A DNA stretch of 63,247 nt, counting the filler. It is 5 parts of 5 records of this genome, joined end to end, with 100 filler letters (N's around TTAATTAATTAA, not from the genome) between each part and the next. Parts side by side here need not be neighbours in the genome. Positions count along the whole stretch, not along the records: positions 34,971 to 48,637 come from SRR20825010_2204; 4 more parts are not named here. One strand, 5' to 3'. Within the stretch, counting starts at the first letter, position 1. Each line of letters opens with the position of its first letter. Positions 39,199 to 48,111 of the stretch are shown here, piece after piece. The notes beneath the pieces were generated by a model. The model was not told the DNA's origin. It ran no database searches and worked only from the letters and a program-made list of their open reading frames with translations. A program made the position numbers and the translations under genes.

Positions 39199-39757
39199 TG
39201 GATAACAACACTAGTTTAGGAGCTTCAGAAATTTGTTGGCAGATTGGATCTTTTTTAAGCAACTTTGCCCACTCATTTCGAGTGTAAATGCTGAAGTTGA
39301 TTGGCCTGCCAAGCTGGCCTTCCAGTGTATGTATCGACTCAGAAATGTCCAAAATGCATACCTTGCCAATAATCATCAAATCTATATCACTCGATCCAGT
39401 GTCGTTTTCGGTCGCGACTGAACCGAACACGAAGGCCTCTTCAATGGTTTCAGAAAAAGGGTTAAGTGCGTCGCGAAGCGGTTCTGTGATTCCAAACGTT
39501 TTCTTTGCGATTGAAAGTAGTTCGGGGTACAGAAAGAAATCTTTGTTTGCATAAATTTGGCGCAGTCTGCCGAATTCTCTGTTCTCTTTCAGAACACCTG
39601 CATCCAGTAAACGCTCAATTTGCTTCTGAGTGCTACCCCGGCCTGTGTTTGCGATGTCGAGTAGTGCCGCCAGCGAGTATCTGCGCTCGGGGTGCAGCAG
39701 CGTAGCGCGTAAAACTCGCTGTACAGTAAGCGTGAACATGAAATCGATTGAGCTCAT
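39182..39757 (-). CDS. wHTH plus minimal nucleotidyltransferase (MNT) protein, antitoxin-like
   Basis: N-terminal winged helix followed by the Pol-beta NTase motif FGSVA......SDIDL. Confidence 0.88.
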   Translation of the reverse strand: MSSIDFMFTLTVQRVLRATLLHPERRYSLAALLDIANTGRGSTQKQIERLLDAGVLKENREFGRLRQIYANKDFFLYPELLSIAKKTFGITEPLRDALNPFSETIEEAFVFGSVATENDTGSSDIDLMIIGKVCILDISESIHTLEGQLGRPINFSIYTRNEWAKLLKKDPICQQISEAPKLVLLSNASTN

Positions 39758-39759
39758 AT

Positions 39760-39845
39760 ATCCATAGATTGTGGATTATTTTCCCTATTATATGGATAAA
39801 TTCTATAATCCACAAACCATGGCTTAAGATCCATGGTTTGTGGAT
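39760..39845. promoter_or_regulatory. Array of four ATCCA-N7-TGGAT operator-like palindromes
   Basis: 39760 ATCCATAGATTGTGGAT, 39781 TTCCCTATTATATGGAT, 39808 ATCCACAAACCATGGCT and 39829 ATCCATGGTTTGTGGAT: two pairs, each with a 21-bp period. Confidence 0.75.
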
Positions 39846-40057
39846 ACAAGTGGGTTACTTGCAATACTTGCGTAAACCCATCAAAGGCACCGCGTATAAA
39901 AAAGCAAACCCGGTGTTCATTGCCGAACCCATTACCGCATGAGCCAGTTCAATTTAGACGGTGGCTTGTGGATCGAAGGCAGGAAATTGAGCATGGTTCT
40001 GGTTGGCATGGCAGTATTGGCACATGCATACACATGCCCCCACCAAACATGTCGTAA

Positions 40058-40207
40058 CTTTTCTGCGCGATTTGCGCGCAAGGCAGCTGGTTTCGCTTTA
40101 TTTCAACATTCACCAGTTTCGGAGCACCAATGGACATTACTGCTGCATTGCTAAGAATCGAACATTTATTCCCTGCCGATGAGGCCACTCGAAAGGCGTT
40201 TTCATAA
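40058..40207 (+). pseudogene. C-terminal remnant of an XRE/MmyB-like regulator ligand-binding domain
   Basis: The frame reads ...FRFISTFTSFGAPMDITAALLRIEHLFPADEATRKAFS*, resembling MmyB-like C-termini. It is preceded by an in-frame TAA (40055-40057), and no intact 5' part is visible. Confidence 0.6.
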
Positions 40208-41025
40208 TGCGTGCACTGCTGCTTTTTCTGTTGATTGCCATGGGTACATTTGCGATGTGGTGGTTCATGCAAAAACCCAGCCACAGCCGGCAATGGGCTG
40301 CCGACGTTTCCCAAATGCTGCATGCAGATGTGAATGGCGACACGGTGGTGCTGAACAATGTGCGCAACTTTGAATGGCGCACCGACACCGATTACACACC
40401 GAGCTGGGAAACACGTGAATACGATTTAAGCCAATTGCAAACCGCTGACCTTGTACTGTCGTACTGGATGGGGCCGAAAATTGCGCACACCCTTGTTTCG
40501 TTTGGGTTTGCCGATGGCCAGTACCTTACTTTTTCGCTCGAAATTCGAAAAGAGAGGGATGAAAAGTTTTCTGCATGGAAGGGTTTTTTCAGGCAGTACG
40601 AGGCCATTTTGGTGGCCGCCGATGAAGCTGACATTGTTCGAACCCGCAGCAATGCACGCAGCGAAGATGTGTACCTGTACCGTTTGAATATTGAATCAGA
40701 TCAACTGAAAGCCCTGTTTTTGGCCTATATTGAACACGCCAACAAACTGGAAAAAGAACCTGAGTTTTACAATACCCTGACCAGCAATTGCACCACGGTG
40801 GCGTTCGACATTGCCAAGCAGATTGCTCCCGATTTGCCCTTGGATTATCGTTTGTTGCTCAGTGGTTATTTCGCAGAATATGCGCATGAGCAGGGCGGGT
40901 TGGTGCAGGGGTTTAGCTACGTTGAACTGCGGGAAAAGGGCTACATTGTGCCGCGTGCAAAAGCAATGCAGCCCGGCGAAAACTTCTCGGAAGTTATTCG
41001 CCAAGGCGTGCCGGGTATGCAATAA
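40207..41025 (+). CDS. DUF4105 (Lnb N-terminal-like) domain protein
   Basis: NVRNF, IAHTLVSFGF, SLEIRKE, and YNTLTSNCTT. Confidence 0.85.
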   Translation: MRALLLFLLIAMGTFAMWWFMQKPSHSRQWAADVSQMLHADVNGDTVVLNNVRNFEWRTDTDYTPSWETREYDLSQLQTADLVLSYWMGPKIAHTLVSFGFADGQYLTFSLEIRKERDEKFSAWKGFFRQYEAILVAADEADIVRTRSNARSEDVYLYRLNIESDQLKALFLAYIEHANKLEKEPEFYNTLTSNCTTVAFDIAKQIAPDLPLDYRLLLSGYFAEYAHEQGGLVQGFSYVELREKGYIVPRAKAMQPGENFSEVIRQGVPGMQ

Positions 41026-41035
41026 AGCCTGCGGT

Positions 41036-41935
41036 TTAGATGCCCTTCACCAAGGGTGAAAAGAACTGGATGATTTTCAGCAAATCTTCCTTGGCCTCGG
41101 GCACGGCCAAATTCATGGTGGGCCAAATGTGCGGCATGCCGGGGCGCGTCAGCAGTGTAATTGTTCCACCTACTTTTTCCACTGCGTCGCGCAGCAGCAC
41201 GGAATCATCCAGCAAACATTCACTTTCACTGGCGGTGACCATCAGCGGTGGCAAGCCTTTCAGCTTTCCCAGCAGGGGCGAAGCGCGTTCATCAGCAGGG
41301 TCGTGGCCGCACAGGTACAGGTTCGCGGCATGTTCAATGATGTGGGCCGACAGCATGCTGTCGGTGGCATCGTTGCCTTCAATCGAAGGCGACAGTCGGC
41401 GCATGTCAGTGGCGGGTGAAATCAACAGGCCACCATTGGCGGGCAGTTTGTTTTTTACTGCGTGTTGCAACACGGCCAAACTTAAATTGCCGCCGGCGGA
41501 ATCGCCTGCAACAAAAATGGGTTCGCCAGCTGGGGTGTCTGCCACCAGGGCTTCAAAGGATGAAATGCAGTCTTCCAGCGGCACCGGGAATGCGTTTTCC
41601 GGTGCAAGCCGATAATCCACGATGAACACGCGAAACCCCAAGGCGTTTGCCAATGCGCCGCAGAAAGGGCGGTACATGGGTGGGTGGCCCGCCACAAATG
41701 CGCCGCCGTGAATGTACAGCAGGGCACCTTTTGGATTCACCGGTATAAGCCATTCGCCGGGCACGCCACCCAGTTGCCCCTTGATATGCTTCAAACCTTT
41801 GGGCACAGGGGCCAGCAGGTTGGATGCTGCCGTAACCATGCGGAACCTGCGCACAAAACCAGCACCGCTTCCCCGGTAGCTTTTCAGAGCAAGGCTGGCA
41901 ATCTTGTTCATCACTTGGGCTTGAATGGACGGCAT
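41036..41935 (-). CDS. Esterase/lipase, HSL-like alpha/beta hydrolase
   Basis: HGGAF, YRLAPE and GDSAGG; start ATG 41935. Confidence 0.9.
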   Translation of the reverse strand: MPSIQAQVMNKIASLALKSYRGSGAGFVRRFRMVTAASNLLAPVPKGLKHIKGQLGGVPGEWLIPVNPKGALLYIHGGAFVAGHPPMYRPFCGALANALGFRVFIVDYRLAPENAFPVPLEDCISSFEALVADTPAGEPIFVAGDSAGGNLSLAVLQHAVKNKLPANGGLLISPATDMRRLSPSIEGNDATDSMLSAHIIEHAANLYLCGHDPADERASPLLGKLKGLPPLMVTASESECLLDDSVLLRDAVEKVGGTITLLTRPGMPHIWPTMNLAVPEAKEDLLKIIQFFSPLVKGI

Positions 41936-42111
41936 GGTGTTCCTTCTCGGCTGTGGGGTTGTGTATTTATAGCACTGCCTGCGCAGCCCGGTTTGATTCG
42001 GGTTTTCAATTGACTTGATAATTTCGGACAAATCCGGGGCGTGGCAGAAAACCCTGTTTTCAGCAGGGGAAAAGTCGGCACAATAAAAAAAAGAATCCAC
42101 GTGGAGGCAAC

Positions 42112-43614
42112 ATGACAATATTCGACGAAGACATTTTGATCATTGGCGCAGGTTTGTCGGGCATCAGTGCCGCATGCCATTTGAAAAAAGAATGCCCCAC
42201 GCGAATGTTCACCATTCTTGAGCGCCGCACCACCATTGGTGGCACTTGGGATTTGTTCCGCTATCCCGGCATTCGGTCCGATTCCGACATGTTCAGTTTT
42301 GGCTTTAAATTCAAACCGTGGAAAAATGCGCATTTTTTCTCGCAAGGCAAAGACATTCGCAGCTATGTTCACGAGGCAGCCACTGAAAACAAAGTGTTCG
42401 ACCACATTTGTTTTCAGCGCAAGGTCAGCGATGCCAATTGGGACAGCAAGACCCAGCGTTGGGTAGTTAATGCCGTGAATGAGGCCACTGGCGAGCTTGA
42501 GCAATACCGCGCCAAATTCATGATGGCTTGCGCGGGTTATTACAATTACGACCAGGGCTATCGCCCCGATTTTCCGGGCGAGAAAAATTTCAAAGGCTTG
42601 ATTGTTCACCCTCAGCATTGGCCCGAAGACCTGAACTACACCGGCAAAAAAGTGGTGGTGATTGGCAGTGGTGCTACAGCTGTTACCTTAATTCCCAGCA
42701 TGGCTGACAAGGTGGAACACATCACCATGTTGCAGCGTTCGCCCTCGTATATTTTTTCTTTGCCGTCCGTCGATGCGCTGACCAAGGTGCTGCAAAAAAC
42801 CCTGCCTTCAAAACTGGCATACAAGCTGAACCGCACGCGCACCATTGGCTTGGCACACTTCATGTTCAAGGCCAGCAAAAGCAAACCGGAAGTGGTACGC
42901 CGCTTTTTGATCGCCATGATGCGCAGGCAATTGAAGGGTTCGAGCGTGGACATTAAACACTTCACGCCAAACTACATGCCCTGGGATCAACGCCTGTGTT
43001 TGGTGCCGGATGGCGATTTTTTCAAAGCCTTGCGCAGCGGCAAGGCCAGCGTGGCCACCGACACCATCAAACAGTTCGTGGCCAATGGGGTCGAATTGAA
43101 TTCAGGCGAAGTGCTGGAGGCCGATATTATCGTGACCGCCACCGGCTTGAATGTGCAAATGGTGGGCGGCATGAGGATCAGCCTCGACGATACGCCGGTG
43201 AACCTGAGCGAGAAAATGTTCTACAAAAGCGCGATGCTGCAAGATATTCCCAATGCGGCGGTGGTGCTTGGGTACACCCATGCTTCGTGGACCTTGAAAT
43301 CAGATTTGGTCAGTGGCTTTGTGTGCCGCCTGCTGAATTACATGGACAAGAAGGGGCACGCCGTGGCGGTGGCAACAACTGCCGATGTAAAGCCTGTTGA
43401 GGGCTTTACTGTGCTGGGTGGTTTGAATTCGGGTTACCTGAAACGTGTGGCCGATCAGTTGCCGCGCCAGGGTGAAACCCACCCATGGCACAACCGGCAA
43501 GATTATTACCACGACACCCAAACCTTGCTGGAAGACCCGGTGGACGAGCCTGGTTTGGTTTTCGTGCCCGCTAAGGTGGAAAAGGCAAAGCCGACATTGA
43601 AGGCAGTGGCCTAA
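42112..43614 (+). CDS. Flavin-containing Baeyer-Villiger-type monooxygenase (EthA/AlmA-like)
   Basis: GAGLSG, GGTWDLFRYPGIRSDSD, BVMO fingerprint FKGLIVHPQHWP, GSGATA and PWDQRLC. Confidence 0.9.
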   Translation: MTIFDEDILIIGAGLSGISAACHLKKECPTRMFTILERRTTIGGTWDLFRYPGIRSDSDMFSFGFKFKPWKNAHFFSQGKDIRSYVHEAATENKVFDHICFQRKVSDANWDSKTQRWVVNAVNEATGELEQYRAKFMMACAGYYNYDQGYRPDFPGEKNFKGLIVHPQHWPEDLNYTGKKVVVIGSGATAVTLIPSMADKVEHITMLQRSPSYIFSLPSVDALTKVLQKTLPSKLAYKLNRTRTIGLAHFMFKASKSKPEVVRRFLIAMMRRQLKGSSVDIKHFTPNYMPWDQRLCLVPDGDFFKALRSGKASVATDTIKQFVANGVELNSGEVLEADIIVTATGLNVQMVGGMRISLDDTPVNLSEKMFYKSAMLQDIPNAAVVLGYTHASWTLKSDLVSGFVCRLLNYMDKKGHAVAVATTADVKPVEGFTVLGGLNSGYLKRVADQLPRQGETHPWHNRQDYYHDTQTLLEDPVDEPGLVFVPAKVEKAKPTLKAVA

Positions 43615-43629
43615 CCGTATTTGCGTGCG

Positions 43630-43878
43630 TTAATTGTCACTATCCACCCGGGTGAAGCGCTGTGTCATGCGCTCACCCACTTGCACCATTTCAAAAAATA
43701 CGTCCATGGGGCGGGTCCAGGCTGTGTGCGCGTCGCCGCTGAGCGGGCGGTACACCACTACGGGGCTTAAGTCGTTTTCCTGAATGGCCTGGCAAATAAT
43801 TTCATACAGGCCGCCTTTGTAGTGCCGGTAACGTTCACCGGCTTTCACACTGTGGGCTTCTTCAGGTACGTGGCTCAT
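43630..43878 (-). CDS. DUF1653 domain protein
   Basis: YRHYKGGLY, VVYRPL, W.RP...F and RF; GAGGAG RBS before ATG 43878. Confidence 0.85.
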   Translation of the reverse strand: MSHVPEEAHSVKAGERYRHYKGGLYEIICQAIQENDLSPVVVYRPLSGDAHTAWTRPMDVFFEMVQVGERMTQRFTRVDSDN

Positions 43879-43977
43879 GGTGGTCTCCTCCATTAATGAG
43901 AGTCATATTTCTTGAATATTCAAGGTCATATCGTTAAACTGTACGGCTGTCCTTGACGAATTGAAAGGAGTTCCCGA

Positions 43978-44229
43978 ATGCCTGCAAGCAAGCGAGCAAC
44001 CACAAAGACCAGCGCCAAGCCCGCCGCTGTAGAGCCCGCTTCCAAAGCACGTGCCGTGGCCACACCGCGCAAGCCTTCCAAAACGGCGTTGTCTCCTTCT
44101 GAGGTCACGCCTTTGGCTTTGCTGACACCCAGCAAACCAGCGCGTCGTCGCCGCTCCGGTGCGGCCAAACCCAGAAAGCTCAAAGGGGCTACGACCACTT
44201 GGCCGTTCCCAACTGGGTCACGCCCTTAA
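43978..44229 (+). CDS. Small Lys/Ala/Pro-rich histone H1-like DNA-binding protein
   Basis: AAGGAG RBS; basic low-complexity sequence ending WPFPTGSRP, a tail recalled from Burkholderiales H1-like proteins. Confidence 0.6.
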   Translation: MPASKRATTKTSAKPAAVEPASKARAVATPRKPSKTALSPSEVTPLALLTPSKPARRRRSGAAKPRKLKGATTTWPFPTGSRP

Positions 44230-44257
44230 CCTATAACTCGCAAACCAATCGCCCACT

Positions 44258-44827
44258 ATGCTGCTAATCGATATTTTGCGCTTATTGCTGGAAACAGCCG
44301 CCAGTCTGCTTACTTTTTGTTTGTTGCTGCGCGCCTTGATGCAGTGGGTGCGTATTCACCCCAGCAATCCATTGTCGCCCTTTATTTTTTCAATGACTGA
44401 CTGGTTGGTCAAGCCTTTGCGAAAAGGTGTGCCGGGTTACGGTGGCATTGATTGGGCTTCCATTTTTGGTGCCTTCGTGGTGTCGTTTGCATTGCACATT
44501 GTGTTGGTGTTGCTGTCGGTAGGCCTGGGTAGTGGGGGTCCAGGTGTGGGTACCTTGATTACGCTGACCATCCCTATCGCCATTTTTTGGGTGTTGCGCA
44601 ATGTGGCTTATCTGCTGATGGGTATTGTGTTGATTCAGGTCGTTCTAAGCTGGGTGAATCCTTTCTCCCCAATTGCCTCGATTTTGAACGAGCTTTCGCG
44701 CCCCTTTCTTGAGCCGCTTCGCCGCGTGCTGCCCACGATCGGCAATGTGGACTTGTCACCTTTGGTGTTTCTGCTGATCTTGCAGATCATCATGATGGTG
44801 TTGCAAAGCTTGATGCCTGGGTTCTGA
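44258..44827 (+). CDS. yggT: YggT-family membrane protein
   Basis: Two YGGT repeats: NP.S.FI...TD.LV.PLR and LSWVNP...PLRRVLP.IG.VDLSP. Confidence 0.88.
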   Translation: MLLIDILRLLLETAASLLTFCLLLRALMQWVRIHPSNPLSPFIFSMTDWLVKPLRKGVPGYGGIDWASIFGAFVVSFALHIVLVLLSVGLGSGGPGVGTLITLTIPIAIFWVLRNVAYLLMGIVLIQVVLSWVNPFSPIASILNELSRPFLEPLRRVLPTIGNVDLSPLVFLLILQIIMMVLQSLMPGF

Positions 44828-44850
44828 ACAAAATCACAACCCTGTGGTAT

Positions 44851-44881
44851 AAAAAAAGCACCCCGTGGGGTGCTTTTTTTT
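44851..44881. terminator. Bidirectional intrinsic terminator
   Basis: AAAAAAAGCACCCC-GT-GGGGTGCTTTTTTTT between convergent genes. Confidence 0.9.
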
Positions 44882-44894
44882 CAACATGTTTTTT

Positions 44895-45374
44895 TCAGCG
44901 AGTTACGCGTGCGGTGCCACTGCCGCTAACAATCCGAACACGGTCGCCAGGCCGGAAATCTTCACCTGCGGCATCTTGTACATAGGCACGAAGCGTGCCG
45001 TTGTCCATGCGCACTGTAATTTCCAGACCCGCGCGGGTGGACGCATTGCGCTCGATGGCTTGACCTGCCAGGCCGCCTGCCACCGCGCCAACAATGGCGC
45101 CCACTGCACGGCCGCTGCCGCCGCCTACGTTACTGCCCGCAATACCGCCTACGATACCGCCAGCTGCGGTGCCCACGCCGTTGGTGTCGCCTTGAATGGT
45201 AACGTTGCGGACGCTTTCAACAGTGCCTTGCTCGATGATTTGTGCGCGGCGTGTTTCGCCTTCGCGATACACTTGGCCGGAACTGCTTTGGGTGGCACAA
45301 CCTGCAAGCGCTGAAAGCGCAATCAGGGCCACTGCACCGGTGGTTCTAAAACTGAGTTGTACTGACTTGGCCAT
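44895..45374 (-). CDS. Glycine-zipper outer membrane lipoprotein (SlyB/Pcp-like)
   Basis: Lipobox LAGC, glycine zipper GGIVGGIAGSNVGGGSG, and GLEITVRMD. Confidence 0.88.
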   Translation of the reverse strand: MAKSVQLSFRTTGAVALIALSALAGCATQSSSGQVYREGETRRAQIIEQGTVESVRNVTIQGDTNGVGTAAGGIVGGIAGSNVGGGSGRAVGAIVGAVAGGLAGQAIERNASTRAGLEITVRMDNGTLRAYVQDAAGEDFRPGDRVRIVSGSGTARVTR

Positions 45375-45395
45375 GATTGAAAATTTCCTTTTAAG

Positions 45396-46352
45396 TTACC
45401 AAGGTTGATGGCCGAAAGCGGCTGTATACCTGGACGCAATTTCTTCCCGGCTGTACTGATAAGTTTGTGGGCCTTTGGCGGCAATTTTCAAGGAACCCAT
45501 CAAGCTTGCCAGCTTGGCCGCATTAACAATGCCCATGCCTTCAGTCAGGCCGTAGAGCAAGCCACCGCGGTAAGCATCGCCACAGCCAGTGGGGTCGGCG
45601 ATCTGTTCTGCTTTAACGCACGGTATATCGTGTCGTTGACCCTGTGTATAAACCCAGCTTCCTTCCACGCCGCGGGTCACCACCAGCGCCTCAAGTTTTT
45701 CTGCAATCTGTTCCAGCGTTAAACCGGTTCGTTCGCACAACATCTTGGCTTCATAGTCATTGACAGCTGCATACGTCGCAAGTTCCAGGAATCGGTCCAA
45801 TTCTGTTTTGCCAAACATGGGCAAGCCCTGGCCGGGGTCGAACACAAAAGGAATGCCTGCGGTCGCAAATTGCTCGGCGTGTTGCATCATGCCATCGCGC
45901 CCATCGGGGGCAACAATGCCCAGGGCAATGTCGCCCGCATCGCTGATTTTGTTCAGGTGCGAATGGCTCATCGCGCCTGGGTGGAAGGCCGTAATTTGAT
46001 TGTCGTCCAGGTCGGTGGTGATAAAGGCCTGGGCGGTAAATTCTTCCTGCACCTGTTTCAGGCAAGCCGTGTCGATGCCTAGGGTTTGAAAGCGCTGAAA
46101 ATATCCACCTGCATCGTGGCCTATGGTGGCCATGGGTACGGGTTTGCCGCCCAGCATGTTCAGGCTGTAGGCAATATTGCCTGCGCAGCCGCCCCAGTCT
46201 TTGCGAAGGCTGGGAACCAGAAAAGCCACGTTCAGGATGTGTACCTGATCGGGCAGAATTTGATCTTTGAAACGGCCTTCAAACACCATGATGGTGTCGA
46301 ATGCGATGGAGCCGCAAATTAAAACGCGTTTGGTTTGTGTCGGGGTATTCAT
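45396..46352 (-). CDS. PfkB-family carbohydrate/nucleoside kinase
   Basis: GSIAFD, GGCAGNIAY and DPTGCGDAYRGG. Confidence 0.9.
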   Translation of the reverse strand: MNTPTQTKRVLICGSIAFDTIMVFEGRFKDQILPDQVHILNVAFLVPSLRKDWGGCAGNIAYSLNMLGGKPVPMATIGHDAGGYFQRFQTLGIDTACLKQVQEEFTAQAFITTDLDDNQITAFHPGAMSHSHLNKISDAGDIALGIVAPDGRDGMMQHAEQFATAGIPFVFDPGQGLPMFGKTELDRFLELATYAAVNDYEAKMLCERTGLTLEQIAEKLEALVVTRGVEGSWVYTQGQRHDIPCVKAEQIADPTGCGDAYRGGLLYGLTEGMGIVNAAKLASLMGSLKIAAKGPQTYQYSREEIASRYTAAFGHQPW

Positions 46353-46390
46353 GTGAAACAGTCCAGTATTTTAAAAATCGGTTTGGCGGT

Positions 46391-47179
46391 TTATTGGCCG
46401 TCCGGGCCTTGGTCGAATAATTCAAGTCGAAAGCCGGTGGCAGCGCTTTCGGGCAATTGGGTGTTCAATGTGCTCAGGTTCAAGTATGCCAGCACTTCCA
46501 CTGTTTTCTGGCCCTGAATCAGCGGGGCTTCACTGGCCGAGCCTTCATCGCGCAGTTGGTAATCGCTGGGGGCCAGTGATTTGCTGGCCAGCACAAGGCC
46601 TTGGGGGTCAAGCAGGTCGACTTTCAGGTGGGGCCAAGCCGTGGGCAGCTTGTTCTGGTTGCGCAGCGTTAAATCTACCCGCACATTGTGTTCGTCCAGC
46701 GCCTGCAGGCCGCTGCCTTCGACCACCAAGGCTTGGGTGGCTGGCGCTGTGAACAGTTGTTGAATGCCGGGGCTTGCTTCGTTTATTGCTGTGGCCAACG
46801 CTGGCATTTTCTGCAGCAGTTCTGTGCGTTGCCACCACAGTGCCTGAAGCCCAAGCGCCAGCAATAGCGCCACACATGCCGCTTTCAGGGCTGGGTGGCC
46901 TTGGCTGAAATTAAACAGGGGTTTGGCAGGCACAGTATTGGGGAACAGGTCTTCAGAACCTGTTCCGTCGCCACCAGCAAGGTTGTGATCGCTGGTGTAA
47001 GGCTTTGGGTTTAGGTCAAGTTTTTGCCACGCTTCTGTGTCGGCCGATGTCAGGTGTTCAATGCCTGAAAACACGGTTTGGCATTGCCCGCAGCGCACCT
47101 TGCCTTCATGCAATTGCAGCTGGCCAGAGGTGACTTTGAACAGGGTGTTGCAGTTTGGGCAGCGTGTGGCAAGGCTCAT
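46391..47179 (-). CDS. Zinc-ribbon (MJ0042-type) and DUF3426 domain protein
   Basis: TRCPNC.T.F...QL....G.VRCGQC, a TM segment, and LRNQ...WP.L. Confidence 0.82.
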   Translation of the reverse strand: MSLATRCPNCNTLFKVTSGQLQLHEGKVRCGQCQTVFSGIEHLTSADTEAWQKLDLNPKPYTSDHNLAGGDGTGSEDLFPNTVPAKPLFNFSQGHPALKAACVALLLALGLQALWWQRTELLQKMPALATAINEASPGIQQLFTAPATQALVVEGSGLQALDEHNVRVDLTLRNQNKLPTAWPHLKVDLLDPQGLVLASKSLAPSDYQLRDEGSASEAPLIQGQKTVEVLAYLNLSTLNTQLPESAATGFRLELFDQGPDGQ

Positions 47180-47187
47180 GGCGCTGC

Positions 47188-48102
47188 TTAGTCTGTCGCT
47201 TTTTGGCCATGCAGGCACACCCAGCCATCGCGCTCAGCCCACACCGCGAGGTTGATCCACTGGCGGTAATGTTCAATCACTTCCTCGGCTTGCCGCGCCA
47301 GCACGCCGGAAAGCACCAATTGCCCGCCCGCTTCAACATGGTTGCACAGCGAAGGGGCCAGCACTTTCAGTGGGTTGGACAAAATATTGGCCACGACCAC
47401 CGGAAACTGGCGCTTGGCCTGCGGAAAATCGGGCAAACCACAGGGCATTTCAACGCCGTTGTTGCTGGCGTTGTAGGCGGTGCTGTCCACGGCTTGGGGG
47501 TCGATGTCGACGCCGATGGCTTCTGATGCGCCCAATTTAAGCGCAGCGATGCCCAAAATGCCGGAACCACAACCGTAATCCAGCACGCTTTGGCCTTTCA
47601 GCGGAAATTCGCTGAGCCAGCGCAAGCACAGGGCGGTGGTGGGGTGTGAGCCTGTGCCAAACGCCAAGCCTGGATCGAGTATCAAATTGATTCGATCATC
47701 AATGTCTTGAGGTTCGTGCCAGGAAGGTACGATCCACAGGCGTGCTGAAATTGGAATGGGATCGAACTGGGATTGGGTTAAACGGACCCAATCTTCCTGA
47801 GGTACTTCGGTGTATTCGATTTCTGCTTTGCCCAACAACTTGGCAGGAATTTCACCGAAAATTTGCTCACCTTCAGCCTTGTTGCGAAACAGGGCCACCA
47901 CGTGGTTCAGGTTCCATGCCGCCGATTCAGGTTCCATGCCGGGCTCGCCGAACAGGGGTTGTTCGTCTTCGCTGTCGGCATTGGCGTCCTCAAGGCTGAC
48001 GGCCAAGGCCCCCAGCTCCATGAGCATGTCGGAAACCTCGTCGGCTTGCTCAAAGGGCAGGGTTAGTTTGGCTTGAATCAGCGGGGTGGCCTGTTGGTTC
48101 AT
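47188..48102 (-). CDS. prmA: Ribosomal protein L11 methyltransferase
   Basis: LDPGLAFGTGSHPTT, DYGCGSGIL and VANIL; accC-prmA synteny. Confidence 0.95.
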   Translation of the reverse strand: MNQQATPLIQAKLTLPFEQADEVSDMLMELGALAVSLEDANADSEDEQPLFGEPGMEPESAAWNLNHVVALFRNKAEGEQIFGEIPAKLLGKAEIEYTEVPQEDWVRLTQSQFDPIPISARLWIVPSWHEPQDIDDRINLILDPGLAFGTGSHPTTALCLRWLSEFPLKGQSVLDYGCGSGILGIAALKLGASEAIGVDIDPQAVDSTAYNASNNGVEMPCGLPDFPQAKRQFPVVVANILSNPLKVLAPSLCNHVEAGGQLVLSGVLARQAEEVIEHYRQWINLAVWAERDGWVCLHGQKATD

Positions 48103-48111
48103 GGGTGCGCT

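Noticed and set aside
39760..39845. Repeat array considered as a mini-CRISPR
   Set aside because: Units are degenerate 17-bp dyads with 4-10-bp gaps, with no spacer-sized unique sequences and no cas genes.
40172..40200. CCGATGAG...GAAA resembling a hammerhead ribozyme core
   Set aside because: The core reads CCGAUGA rather than CUGAUGA, the stems are not evident, and the sequence is better explained as coding PADEATRK in the MmyB-like remnant.
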